Assembly (NCBI GenBank): GCA_964572155.1
Contig: CAZNDZ010000001.1
Span: 207,300-271,299 of the forward strand
Source: an uncultured Planctomycetales bacterium
GTDB lineage: Bacteria; Omnitrophota; Gorgyraeia; Zapsychrales; Fredricksoniimonadaceae
DNA: 64,000 nt
Direction: 5' to 3'
Position numbers and translations under genes: made by a program
Part shown: one piece after another, positions 47,989-56,375 of the stretch
Numbering within the stretch: the stretch's first letter is position 1
Layout: the number at the start of each line of letters is the position of its first letter
Notes under the pieces: model-generated
What the model saw: only the letters and a program-made list of their open reading frames with translations
Told to the model about the DNA's origin: nothing
The model's database searches: none

Positions 47989-50175
47989 TTATGGATTAAA
48001 AATATTCTTAGAAAGTGGGATGCCGCGTGTTTGGAAGTCTTCGAAAATTTTTGGCACATACCCTGTGGGCGTATATTCACCAACAACAACCCCTTCGGCA
48101 TTGATGCCGCGTTGACGGAAGATGAAAATGTCTTTCATTTCAGGAAGGCCGTCGACCATGTTACCTGTAAGCTCCGTGATCGCGGTGATCTTACGCGTCC
48201 CGTCGGAGAAACGGTTAATTTGAATGACAATATTGATCGCAGATGCCGCCATTTCATAGATCGCGCGCAATGGCAATTCAATCCCTGAGAGCAGCACCAT
48301 GGAGGTCACACGAGACATAACGTCGCGTGGTGTGTTGGCGTGAAGCGTTGTCAACGAACCATCGTGACCTGTGTTCATCGCCTGCAACATGTCTAAAACT
48401 TCCGGTCCACGACACTCACCGATAATAATGCGGTCTGGGCGCATACGTAACGTGTTAATAAATAACTCACGGATGGTGATCTTACCACGACCTTCAATGT
48501 TCGCTGGTCTTGCTTCAAGGCGCGCCCAATGTGATTTGGTTAAACGCAATTCCGCCGCGTCTTCGATTGTAATGATGCGTTCATTATCAGGAATAAATTG
48601 TGAAACAATGTTGAGCAGCGTTGTCTTACCAGCGCCGGTACCACCAGAGACAATAATATTCTTACGCCCAATAACGCACGCATTCATAAACTCACCCATG
48701 GCAGGCGTCAGCGAATGAAAACGATTAAGCAAATCATCGATCGTATATTTTTCTTGAGAGAATTTACGAATGGTGATCATGGGGCCGCCCAACGACAACG
48801 GCGGAATGATGGCATTGATACGGCTTCCATCAGGCAAACGCGCATCCACCATCGGCGTTGATTCATCAACCCGACGACCTAAAGGTGCTAAAATACGATC
48901 AATCGTTGCACGCACCTGATCGTTGGAAATAAAACGCTTATTCGTGAGCAGCAATTTACCTTTTTTCTCAACAAAGATTTCATCCTTATTGTTAACCATG
49001 ATGTCATTGATATCGACATCCGCTAAGAAATCTTCCAATGGCCCCAAACCTAAGGCCTCGTTGACAATTTCACGCACAAGTTTAGAACGTTCTTCTTGAG
49101 ATGAAATAAAACTACCCGATGCATCGGTCATCAAATCGGTTACAATAACTTCGGCTGCCTTGCGAATATTTGCAGCTTGCGCAGGATCTGAGAGCGCTTC
49201 CGGCGATATCTTTTGCAAATTCATGCGCTCAACCAACTTTTGATGGATTAAGCGCTTTAATTTAATAACTTCGTCTTCTTCTTTTTTAAAATAAGTCCCG
49301 CCACCAGAGCCCTGCTTAATACCAAATTTTTCCCAGAACTCGGCATCTTTCTTATTCTTAGGGTCTGCCGAGCGAACCTTAACAACGTCGGAGACCTGCA
49401 CAAAGATGTCTTCATCTTGTAATTTATCCGCCATGCCAAAAAACAGCTCGGAGACTTTTGCCTTTGGACTGTCTAAAACACATGGAATACCGCGATTAAG
49501 CGCTGAACCAACGGTTTTACCGTCGGATGGGATTAACGCAAAAATATCGCAAGGCAATGCTGTTTTCACTTCTTGCCATGCAACACCCCCGCGACTTTCA
49601 GCACGATTTAATATGATTTTAATCATACGCAGCGGATAATGCAGTGCTTGCAACATCTCAAGCGTTGACTTGGCTTGATACACCGCCAAGACATCCGGCG
49701 TGGTTGGCAAGAAAATCAAACTAGATTGATCAAGAACGCTAATCAAGACTTCATTAAATGTGCCGCCGCCATCGACGATGATATATTCATATTGTAACAT
49801 GGCGCGTTTTAAAAATATGCGCACATTGTCGCCTGTCACCAAACCTGCTTGCCGTAAATGATTAATGCCAGATAAGAAATCAACGCCGCTAACATGCTTA
49901 ACCACAAAACGACGCATAAAATCTGGGTTGTCATCTTTGGCCACTTCAGCGAGCAAGTCTGCTAAACAAAATGGTGCGGAAATATTTAAGGAACGGGCAA
50001 GATCTTGACCCGCTTGTAAATTCATATCAAGCAACAATACTTTCTTAGCCTTCATGGCAAGCGCGGCAGCAATGTTTGCGCTAATAAAGGTCTTACCGAC
50101 CCCGCCCTTATTGGAAAATATGGTTATGATTTTACAAGACATACTTCTCTTTGGATCATTTTGCCTGGTAGACAA
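47989..50175 (-). CDS. cpaF: Fused Tad secretion ATPases: N-terminal CpaE/TadZ-like ParA/MinD ATPase plus C-terminal CpaF/TadA VirB11-family ATPase (728 aa)
   Basis: N-part: KIITIFSNKGGVGKTFISANIAAALAMKAKKVLLLDMNLQ (deviant Walker A) ...YIIVDGG... C-part: ...IIVSGGTGAGKTTLLNIVSQFIPDNERIITIEDAAELRL...PDRIIIGECRG...NTGHDGSLTTLHAN... (CpaF/TadA Walker A and B, Asp and His boxes). One ORF, no internal stop. Confidence 0.8.
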   Translation of the reverse strand: MSTRQNDPKRSMSCKIITIFSNKGGVGKTFISANIAAALAMKAKKVLLLDMNLQAGQDLARSLNISAPFCLADLLAEVAKDDNPDFMRRFVVKHVSGVDFLSGINHLRQAGLVTGDNVRIFLKRAMLQYEYIIVDGGGTFNEVLISVLDQSSLIFLPTTPDVLAVYQAKSTLEMLQALHYPLRMIKIILNRAESRGGVAWQEVKTALPCDIFALIPSDGKTVGSALNRGIPCVLDSPKAKVSELFFGMADKLQDEDIFVQVSDVVKVRSADPKNKKDAEFWEKFGIKQGSGGGTYFKKEEDEVIKLKRLIHQKLVERMNLQKISPEALSDPAQAANIRKAAEVIVTDLMTDASGSFISSQEERSKLVREIVNEALGLGPLEDFLADVDINDIMVNNKDEIFVEKKGKLLLTNKRFISNDQVRATIDRILAPLGRRVDESTPMVDARLPDGSRINAIIPPLSLGGPMITIRKFSQEKYTIDDLLNRFHSLTPAMGEFMNACVIGRKNIIVSGGTGAGKTTLLNIVSQFIPDNERIITIEDAAELRLTKSHWARLEARPANIEGRGKITIRELFINTLRMRPDRIIIGECRGPEVLDMLQAMNTGHDGSLTTLHANTPRDVMSRVTSMVLLSGIELPLRAIYEMAASAINIVIQINRFSDGTRKITAITELTGNMVDGLPEMKDIFIFRQRGINAEGVVVGEYTPTGYVPKIFEDFQTRGIPLSKNIFNP

Positions 50176-51910
50176 TAGGAATGGTTACATTTAAATCCGA
50201 CGCTTGCATGTCTTTTGAAAATGGAGCGTAAGGCGCCGCGATTTTGGCAGCATTTAACGCATCGTCGTCGAAAGCTTGATGCCCCGAAGACTGCACCACG
50301 TTAGCTGCAATCAATGTCCCATCTTTTTGAATATTTAGTCTTAATTTAACTGTGCCCTGCCATTTATTTTTCAATGCTTCCAGTGGATATGAAATATTTT
50401 GCGATATCTTCACTTGAATATCTTGCATATATTTCTGAACGGTCGCAATCGGCTCTTGAACAGCTACTTCTTTTTTAATCTGCTCTTCTAAGATCGCCTT
50501 GGGCTTCTGCGCCGGCATTTCAACGCGTTTAACCTTTGCTGGCACAACAGCTGGCTCATCTTGTGCTGGCATGGTTGTAACATTACCCATATTAGGATTT
50601 GGATCAACCGGCTCACGCTTATAATTATTTATTTTCTCTGCTTCATCAACAAAATCATTTAATTCCTTCGTTGGTATTACAAATTGATCCTTGGCATATT
50701 TTTTATTATGCACAATAACTGGCGTTAAGGTGATCACAAGTTCCTTGGCTTCATCTGGTGCTTGCTTAGAAGAGCTTCTAAACATCATCCCAACAACGGG
50801 AATCTTTCCTATAAATGGAACGCTTTTCTTTTGATCACTGTCTGTATAACGAATCAACCCCGCCATAACCACCGTTTGTTTATCATCCAACATCAATTGC
50901 GTTGTAGCGTTGCGTGTTTTATAAGCGACACCGTTTGTCGATGTTGCGGCAACAGGAAATGTTGTATCAATGTCGCTGACTTGCAAGTTCATCAACACAT
51001 CGATCTTGCCTTCTTTAATTGTTGGTGTAACTGTAACGGTTAAACCATATTGCTTGAAGGTGACATTGGTTTGTGTGCTGGTCGATGACGCAGATGTTGT
51101 GGTCGACTGGATTGGTACTTCCCCGCCAACATTAATGGTGGCTTCTTTACCGCTGGTTACCAACATGCGTGGGCGTGATAATGTGCGCGCTTTACCTTGA
51201 GACACTAAAAGATTAATGGTGTTGATGATGCTGGTGGTGCGATTAAATTGCCCTAACTTAAACCAGTTGGGAGACCCACCGGTTGTTGGGTTGCCTGATT
51301 CCGCATAAGTTAATGTTGTGCCGCCGCCGCTATTTGTCCAATCAAATCCTAACTTCTTATCAAGTGTTGAGGATAATTCCGTGATCTGCATATCAATCTG
51401 AATTAATTCCTGCGCTTCATCTTCCTTGCACAAATTAATCACTTGTTCAGAAAATGGTTCGAGCACTTTATCTAAACGGGATTTTTGATCTTTATTAACG
51501 TTGCCCGAAAGAACCACTTTGCCTTCCACATAATTAGCATCATAAACAATTGTTGTAATACCAGCATCTTTCAATAGCGTTTCAATGCGTGCTTTAATCC
51601 TTGCTAAGTCATCATTAGCGACGTTGACGGAATAAACCTTCTTGCCACCTTTATCCCAAACAAAAAGGATCGTGTGCCCCATGCGCCTTGCCACAACAGA
51701 AACTTCATTATCATTGGCGTCAGCAATGTCAGCAATGTCAGGATCAGTTACAGAAACGCGAGTTAAACCATCGACCTTAACGTTCTGAACGTCGCCTAGG
51801 ATCATGTTAATATTATGGTCTTCTTGGGCAATGGACATTGTCGCTTGTGACCCTATGAAAAGAAGTCCCAGCGCAACGAAAGATAATTTAATACGGGAGA
51901 TGCGCATCAA
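50156..51910 (-). CDS. cpaC: Tad secretin (CpaC/RcpA) with a C-terminal TonB-C-like domain extension
   Basis: Signal peptide MMRISRIKLSFVALGLLFIGSQATMSIAQ. Secretin C-domain ...VPFIGKIPVVGMMFRSSSKQAPDEAKELVITLTPVIV. The last ~110 aa (...ISYPLEALKNKWQGTVKLRLNIQKDGTLIAANVVQSSGHQAFDDDALNAAKIAAPYAPF...) match the TonB_C signature YP..A...eGtV.v.f.I..dG.v....V..SSG...LD.aA..Av...p..P. Confidence 0.75.
   Translation of the reverse strand: MMRISRIKLSFVALGLLFIGSQATMSIAQEDHNINMILGDVQNVKVDGLTRVSVTDPDIADIADANDNEVSVVARRMGHTILFVWDKGGKKVYSVNVANDDLARIKARIETLLKDAGITTIVYDANYVEGKVVLSGNVNKDQKSRLDKVLEPFSEQVINLCKEDEAQELIQIDMQITELSSTLDKKLGFDWTNSGGGTTLTYAESGNPTTGGSPNWFKLGQFNRTTSIINTINLLVSQGKARTLSRPRMLVTSGKEATINVGGEVPIQSTTTSASSTSTQTNVTFKQYGLTVTVTPTIKEGKIDVLMNLQVSDIDTTFPVAATSTNGVAYKTRNATTQLMLDDKQTVVMAGLIRYTDSDQKKSVPFIGKIPVVGMMFRSSSKQAPDEAKELVITLTPVIVHNKKYAKDQFVIPTKELNDFVDEAEKINNYKREPVDPNPNMGNVTTMPAQDEPAVVPAKVKRVEMPAQKPKAILEEQIKKEVAVQEPIATVQKYMQDIQVKISQNISYPLEALKNKWQGTVKLRLNIQKDGTLIAANVVQSSGHQAFDDDALNAAKIAAPYAPFSKDMQASDLNVTIPIVYQAK
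50159..50500 (-). other. TonB-C-like domain fused to the secretin C-terminus
   Basis: See above; coordinates derived from residue positions ~470-584. Confidence 0.5.
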
Positions 51911-52785
51911 AGCTCCTTGCCGCCTCTAAAGATTTGTATATCTGGTTTAGCGGGCTTGTCGTCGTCTTGATTAATGATGCCTTTTAAATCGTCCGGTAAA
52001 TCAATGTCTGCGCCTTGATTTTGCAAGACATAATCTGCCAATGTTTTCCATGTGGTTGTCTTGACCATTTGGCGTTCGGTTTCTTGAGGAGAACGCAATG
52101 CAAATTCAAGCGTACCATTCTTATCCGCAAAAATTAAATAACCTGCTTCTTGAGGATCAACCGCTAAGGTCACCTTGATCGCCGGAGAATTTTGTTGTTC
52201 TTCATAACGTGTGCCTGTTTCATCTAAATTGGTGTTAACCGCCAAGACTTCTAGGCCTTGAAAGACCATGGCCGTAATGGTTTTTTGTTTGCGTTCGCCA
52301 TCTTTGCCTAATCGGCCTTCAGGAACATTGAGCCTTGCGATGATGTCAACCATATCCCCTGGATTAAGCAAACCACCGACGGCTGCCAAAGAATCGATCT
52401 TAACGGTAACCGCGCGCTTGCCTTGTGGCGTCTTTAACGCTAAAGAAGGTTTGGATTTCTTAACAGGTTGTCCACCTGCATTAGCTGCTTGTTGTTGCTG
52501 TAATTTCGTTTGAAGCTCAGCAATTTGCTTTTGAACCACTTGGGCTTGTTCAGTGCGCACTGCTTGGATTTGTTGCTGTAAAATCGCCGCGCGTTGATCT
52601 GCTTGCGCTTGCATTTCAGCAACTATTTTCTTTTGCTTAGCTTCATATTCTTCCCGACGCTCAATATCGTGGCGCTCAATGGTGCTGTTGACAGCAAAAC
52701 CAATCACGGCTGTTGCCGCGATACCCAAGACCACCGCGACGATCAGCAATAGAATTTGTTTTTTATTATTATCCATAGTGCGCAA
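51907..52785 (-). CDS. cpaB: Flp pilus assembly protein CpaB/RcpC (TM anchor, Q-rich coiled coil, SAF/RcpC domain)
   Basis: MRTMDNNKKQILLLIVAVVLGIAATAVIGF; a coiled coil with a QQQQ run; ...RAVTVKIDSLAAVGGLLNPGDMVDIIARL... Overlaps the secretin start (ATGA). Confidence 0.7.
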   Translation of the reverse strand: MRTMDNNKKQILLLIVAVVLGIAATAVIGFAVNSTIERHDIERREEYEAKQKKIVAEMQAQADQRAAILQQQIQAVRTEQAQVVQKQIAELQTKLQQQQAANAGGQPVKKSKPSLALKTPQGKRAVTVKIDSLAAVGGLLNPGDMVDIIARLNVPEGRLGKDGERKQKTITAMVFQGLEVLAVNTNLDETGTRYEEQQNSPAIKVTLAVDPQEAGYLIFADKNGTLEFALRSPQETERQMVKTTTWKTLADYVLQNQGADIDLPDDLKGIINQDDDKPAKPDIQIFRGGKEL

Positions 52786-52805
52786 AACCTCCTAATCCCG
52801 TTGGC

Positions 52806-53735
52806 TTATTTGCCGCCGCCAATGAGATTTTGATTAACCCTAACCTTAATTTTTTCTGCTAAATTATTGATGTGTTCTAAAACCGCCTGTTGTTGCTTGC
52901 GTGTGGTCAATGCTGCGATCAAATCTGCCTTGATTTCAGCAAATTGTTTTGTCTCGCCGCCTTTTTTCTCGTCGACATGGACAATATAATAATTGTTGTC
53001 CGCGCCTTTAAAAACACCGCTAGTACCACCGGCATCTAAATTCGCTATGGCAGATTGCATCGCCGCTGTTGGGGCTTTGGTAAAAGTCTTTAACGCGCCA
53101 CCATCCGCTGCAGTTTTACCCTTGGATTGCGCCTTGGCGATATCAGCAAAATTGCCACCTTGTAAAATAGAAACCAAAACATTCTTCGCGGTAGCTTCAT
53201 CCGCTAATACAATCTCGCGCACCTTCCATTGGATAGGCATGACAAAATCGGCTTTATTATCATTGTAATATTTTTGTGCTTCTGCTTCTGTGACGGTCAC
53301 ATCTTTGGTTAAACGATTCGCTAATTCTTGAACTAACATGGTGCGACGAAAATCTTCAACAGCTTCGGAAATATCTTTGCTTTGACCAATGCCGCTATCC
53401 TCTGCGTCTTTTACCAACAATTGTTGGCGAATGAGTTCGTTGAGAACTTGTTCCTTAACACCTGGTTTGCTTGGATCAAAGGTTGGTAAACTTTCTTTGA
53501 GCAATCGAATACGCTGATTAAACTCTTCGGTCGTTAATGTCCAGCCGCCAACCTTTGCGATGACATCATCGGAGAGGGGCTTATTATCGTCAGAAACAAC
53601 ATCCGGCGTGGAAGCCTTAGTGGTTTGCGTTGATGCTACAGGAGCCTTTGTCTCTGGTTTTTTAGGATTAATGATGTCGCAACCTGTTACAGCAAAAGCA
53701 ATAACAACAACTAAAAAACCGCAAAAACGATTCAT
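52806..53735 (-). CDS. Parvulin-type peptidyl-prolyl cis-trans isomerase lipoprotein (PpiC/PrsA/SurA-like)
   Basis: Lipobox MNRFCGFLVVVIAFAVTGC. SurA-N-like helical part, then a parvulin domain (...GGNFADIAKAQSKG...GGALKTFTK...GVFKGADNNYYIVHVDEKK...). Confidence 0.7.
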   Translation of the reverse strand: MNRFCGFLVVVIAFAVTGCDIINPKKPETKAPVASTQTTKASTPDVVSDDNKPLSDDVIAKVGGWTLTTEEFNQRIRLLKESLPTFDPSKPGVKEQVLNELIRQQLLVKDAEDSGIGQSKDISEAVEDFRRTMLVQELANRLTKDVTVTEAEAQKYYNDNKADFVMPIQWKVREIVLADEATAKNVLVSILQGGNFADIAKAQSKGKTAADGGALKTFTKAPTAAMQSAIANLDAGGTSGVFKGADNNYYIVHVDEKKGGETKQFAEIKADLIAALTTRKQQQAVLEHINNLAEKIKVRVNQNLIGGGK

Positions 53736-53815
53736 ACAGCCTCCCGTTTATATTTGGACTTCATTAAGTATATCCCTCAAGGATATAAAATGCAAATTTG
53801 AATTGAATTAAATTT

Positions 53816-54799
53816 TTATGCTACCAAAGCTTCAACTGCTTGCTTTTCCGAAATTAGCTCTTGAAGCGTTGCTTGAATTTTTTCTTTAGCAAAGGCATTG
53901 TGTTCTAAACCTTGCACAATTTCCCAATCTTGGCCATTGCTACGCAACGGATACCCAAACATAATCCCTTGTGGAACGCCATAGCTGCCATCTGATGAAA
54001 CAGCTGCAGAGAAAAATTCGCCTGCAGGGGTTGGCGTGATGATCCCGCGCACGGTATCAATGACCGCATTGGCTGCCGACGCTGCAGATGACAGGCCACG
54101 CGCTTTGATGATGGCTGCGCCGCGTTTCTGAACGGTTTCAATAAAGGTTGTTTTAAGCCAGTTTTCGTCGGTGATCGCCGCTGTCGCTGGTTTACCGTTG
54201 ACGGTGGCATGATAAAAGTCGGGATATTGCGTCGCTGAGTGATTCCCCCAAATGCCGACATTTTTAACAGCGGTTGTGGCCACTGCAGATTTTTGAGCCA
54301 ATTGTGTTGTGGCACGATTTTGATCAAGCATGGTCATGGCAAAAAAGTTTTTTGCTGGGATGTTTTTAGCCGTGCTCTTTGCAATCCATGCATTGGTATT
54401 ACAAGGATTCCCGACGACCAAAACCTTGCACGTTGGCTTTGCGCTATTCGATAAGGCCTTGCCTTGTTCGATAAAAACGCCGCCATTGATTTTCAACAAA
54501 TCGCCGCGCTCCATGCCTTCTTTGCGTGGGACGCTACCAACTAACAGCGCCCAATCAATGTCTTTGAAGGCAACATTAGGATCCGACGACATGGTGACTG
54601 ATTTTAACAATGGAAATGCGCAATCATCGAGTTCCATGATAACGCCGCCTAAAGCTGGCAGGGCTTTTTCAAGCTCGAGCAAACTTAATTCAACTTCTGT
54701 ATCACGCCCAAACATCTCACCGGAGGCGATGCGAAATAACAAGGCATAACCAATTTGACCTGCAGCACCCGTGATTGCGACTTTAACTTTTTTTGCCAT
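53816..54799 (-). CDS. mdh: Malate dehydrogenase (NAD), LDH-like type 2 MDH
   Basis: [31 protein letters not shown] (GxGxxG), ...[14 protein letters not shown]..., 327 aa. Confidence 0.85.
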   Translation of the reverse strand: MAKKVKVAITGAAGQIGYALLFRIASGEMFGRDTEVELSLLELEKALPALGGVIMELDDCAFPLLKSVTMSSDPNVAFKDIDWALLVGSVPRKEGMERGDLLKINGGVFIEQGKALSNSAKPTCKVLVVGNPCNTNAWIAKSTAKNIPAKNFFAMTMLDQNRATTQLAQKSAVATTAVKNVGIWGNHSATQYPDFYHATVNGKPATAAITDENWLKTTFIETVQKRGAAIIKARGLSSAASAANAVIDTVRGIITPTPAGEFFSAAVSSDGSYGVPQGIMFGYPLRSNGQDWEIVQGLEHNAFAKEKIQATLQELISEKQAVEALVA

Positions 54800-55601
54800 A
54801 TTTTTTCTCCTCGATTAACGACGGTAATTTTGTTCGCGCTTCTTGTATTTTTTCAAGCGTGATATCCGCTGTGATGATCACTTCTTTGTCCAAACTGCCT
54901 TGCGCGATGATCTCGCCCCACGGGGAAATGATCATGCTATGCCCATACGCTGGCATACCTTGCCCATCTAATCCCACTTGATTGGGCGCCAAGACATACG
55001 ATAAATTTTCAATGGCCCGCGCTTGAAGCAATGCTTGCCAATGCGCCTGACCTGTCGCTTTCATAAAACACGACGGAACAACCAACACATTAGCACCCTG
55101 ACGGGCATAATGTTGATATAAATCAGCAAACCTTAGGTCGTAACAAATGGACATTCCAACCGAAAAGTCCTCGACCTTTGCCATCACTTTTTTTGTTCCC
55201 GCCTTAAAACAATCGGCCTCACGTACGATCTTATCACCCAGCCTCGCATCAAATAAATGAATTTTGCGATATTTTGCTGCAACCTTGCCCTGTGCATTAA
55301 TAAGCACAGAGGTGTTGTACATTTTTTTAGGGTCTGTGGTTTTTTCTAGGATGGATCCAAGCAGGATGTTTGCTTGATATTTTTTGGCAAGTAAAATGAA
55401 TGGCGCTGTTGAGGGCCCAGGTATTTTCTCTGCTACGTGAAATTTTTCAGGATGCCGTGGATCACCGCGCCAATGAAAAATTTCTGGCAATAAAACAAAT
55501 TTGCTGCCCTTGGCTAATGCCTTAGTGACAAACCCTACCGCTCTTGTAATATTTTCTTGTTTGTCCGCCGTGGCATTGAATTGGATTAGGGCAACGCGCA
55601 T
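54783..55601 (-). CDS. Carbon-nitrogen hydrolase (nitrilase superfamily)
   Basis: [18 protein letters not shown]... with the Glu (VLLPEIF), Lys (YRKIHLFD) and Cys ([13 protein letters not shown]) catalytic-triad contexts. The track start 55637 is reduced to the internal ATG ~55601 to abut the upstream gene. The 3' end overlaps the mdh start by 17 nt. Confidence 0.8.
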   Translation of the reverse strand: MRVALIQFNATADKQENITRAVGFVTKALAKGSKFVLLPEIFHWRGDPRHPEKFHVAEKIPGPSTAPFILLAKKYQANILLGSILEKTTDPKKMYNTSVLINAQGKVAAKYRKIHLFDARLGDKIVREADCFKAGTKKVMAKVEDFSVGMSICYDLRFADLYQHYARQGANVLVVPSCFMKATGQAHWQALLQARAIENLSYVLAPNQVGLDGQGMPAYGHSMIISPWGEIIAQGSLDKEVIITADITLEKIQEARTKLPSLIEEKKYGKKS

Positions 55602-56236
55602 TATTTTTTTAACATCGCACCATATTCTTGGTAGCACGTTGTATAAAAACTTTGACTTTTAAGATTGTTGCGCCATGCGTTGAGTTTAGGATATGCGGCT
55701 AATGAGACGCCCGCGAGTTCCGAAGGCTCTAGCAATGAAAATAAGACAATATCAGCCAACGTCAACTTATCATTGACGATATAAGCGTGCGCCGCTAATT
55801 GTTGTTCAATGACGGGGAAATACATCTCTAAGAATTTAACAGCGTCATCAACGGACTGTTGGTTGACGGGACGATTCATGCGTGGGGCGAAAATACGTCC
55901 AAAAGCAATGCTGGATAAATGAACGCCAATATGGGTCGAGATAAAATCAATCCACTGATCAACAACCGCACGCGCTTTTAAATCTTTAGGATAAATTGGA
56001 GAATTTGCTTTTTCGGCTAAGTATTTACAACAGGCATTGCTTTCAAACAAATGAAAGCCGTTATCATCAATGGCGGGAACTTTGCCAACCGGATTGATTT
56101 TCAAAAACCATTCTTGCTTTTGTTCACCTTCACGCAAATTAACCAAATGCCACTTATGTTCCAACCCTAAATAGGTGGCGGTAAGTCTAACTTTGATTGC
56201 AGGTGATGATAAATCTGATCCATAGATGGTTAGCAT
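55601..56236 (-). CDS. Glutathione S-transferase family protein
   Basis: 211 aa; thioredoxin-like N-domain (MLTIYGSDLSSPAIKVRL...VPAIDDNGFHLFESNAC) and a helical GST_C domain. Confidence 0.7.
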   Translation of the reverse strand: MLTIYGSDLSSPAIKVRLTATYLGLEHKWHLVNLREGEQKQEWFLKINPVGKVPAIDDNGFHLFESNACCKYLAEKANSPIYPKDLKARAVVDQWIDFISTHIGVHLSSIAFGRIFAPRMNRPVNQQSVDDAVKFLEMYFPVIEQQLAAHAYIVNDKLTLADIVLFSLLEPSELAGVSLAAYPKLNAWRNNLKSQSFYTTCYQEYGAMLKK

Positions 56237-56287
56237 AATATTTCCTTGACGGTTTAATAAAGTTTACTATAATAACAAATCTTTCTA

Positions 56288-56361
56288 GACCCCATCGTCT
56301 AGCCTGGTCAGGACACGAGCTTTTCAAGCTCGGTGCGCGGGTTCAAATCCCGCTGGGGTCA
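56288..56361 (+). tRNA. tRNA-Glu (anticodon UUC)
   Basis: Cloverleaf by hand: acceptor GACCCCA/TGGGGTC, anticodon stem CGAGC/GCTCG with loop TTTTCAA (U33, anticodon TTC, A37), T-arm GCGGG-TTCAAAT-CCCGC, discriminator A. No encoded CCA. Confidence 0.8.
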
Positions 56362-56375
56362 CTTTCAACTTCCTC

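Noticed and set aside
47727-48288. ORFs 47727..48101 (-) and 47944..48288 (+) overlapping DUF192 and cpaF
   Set aside because: Alternative-frame or antisense ORFs without signatures. The DUF192 and CpaF frames are supported by family motifs.
53905-54749. ORFs 53905..54327 (-), 54239..54454 (+) and 54330..54749 (+) inside mdh
   Set aside because: Off-frame or antisense to a canonical malate dehydrogenase. Chance ORFs.
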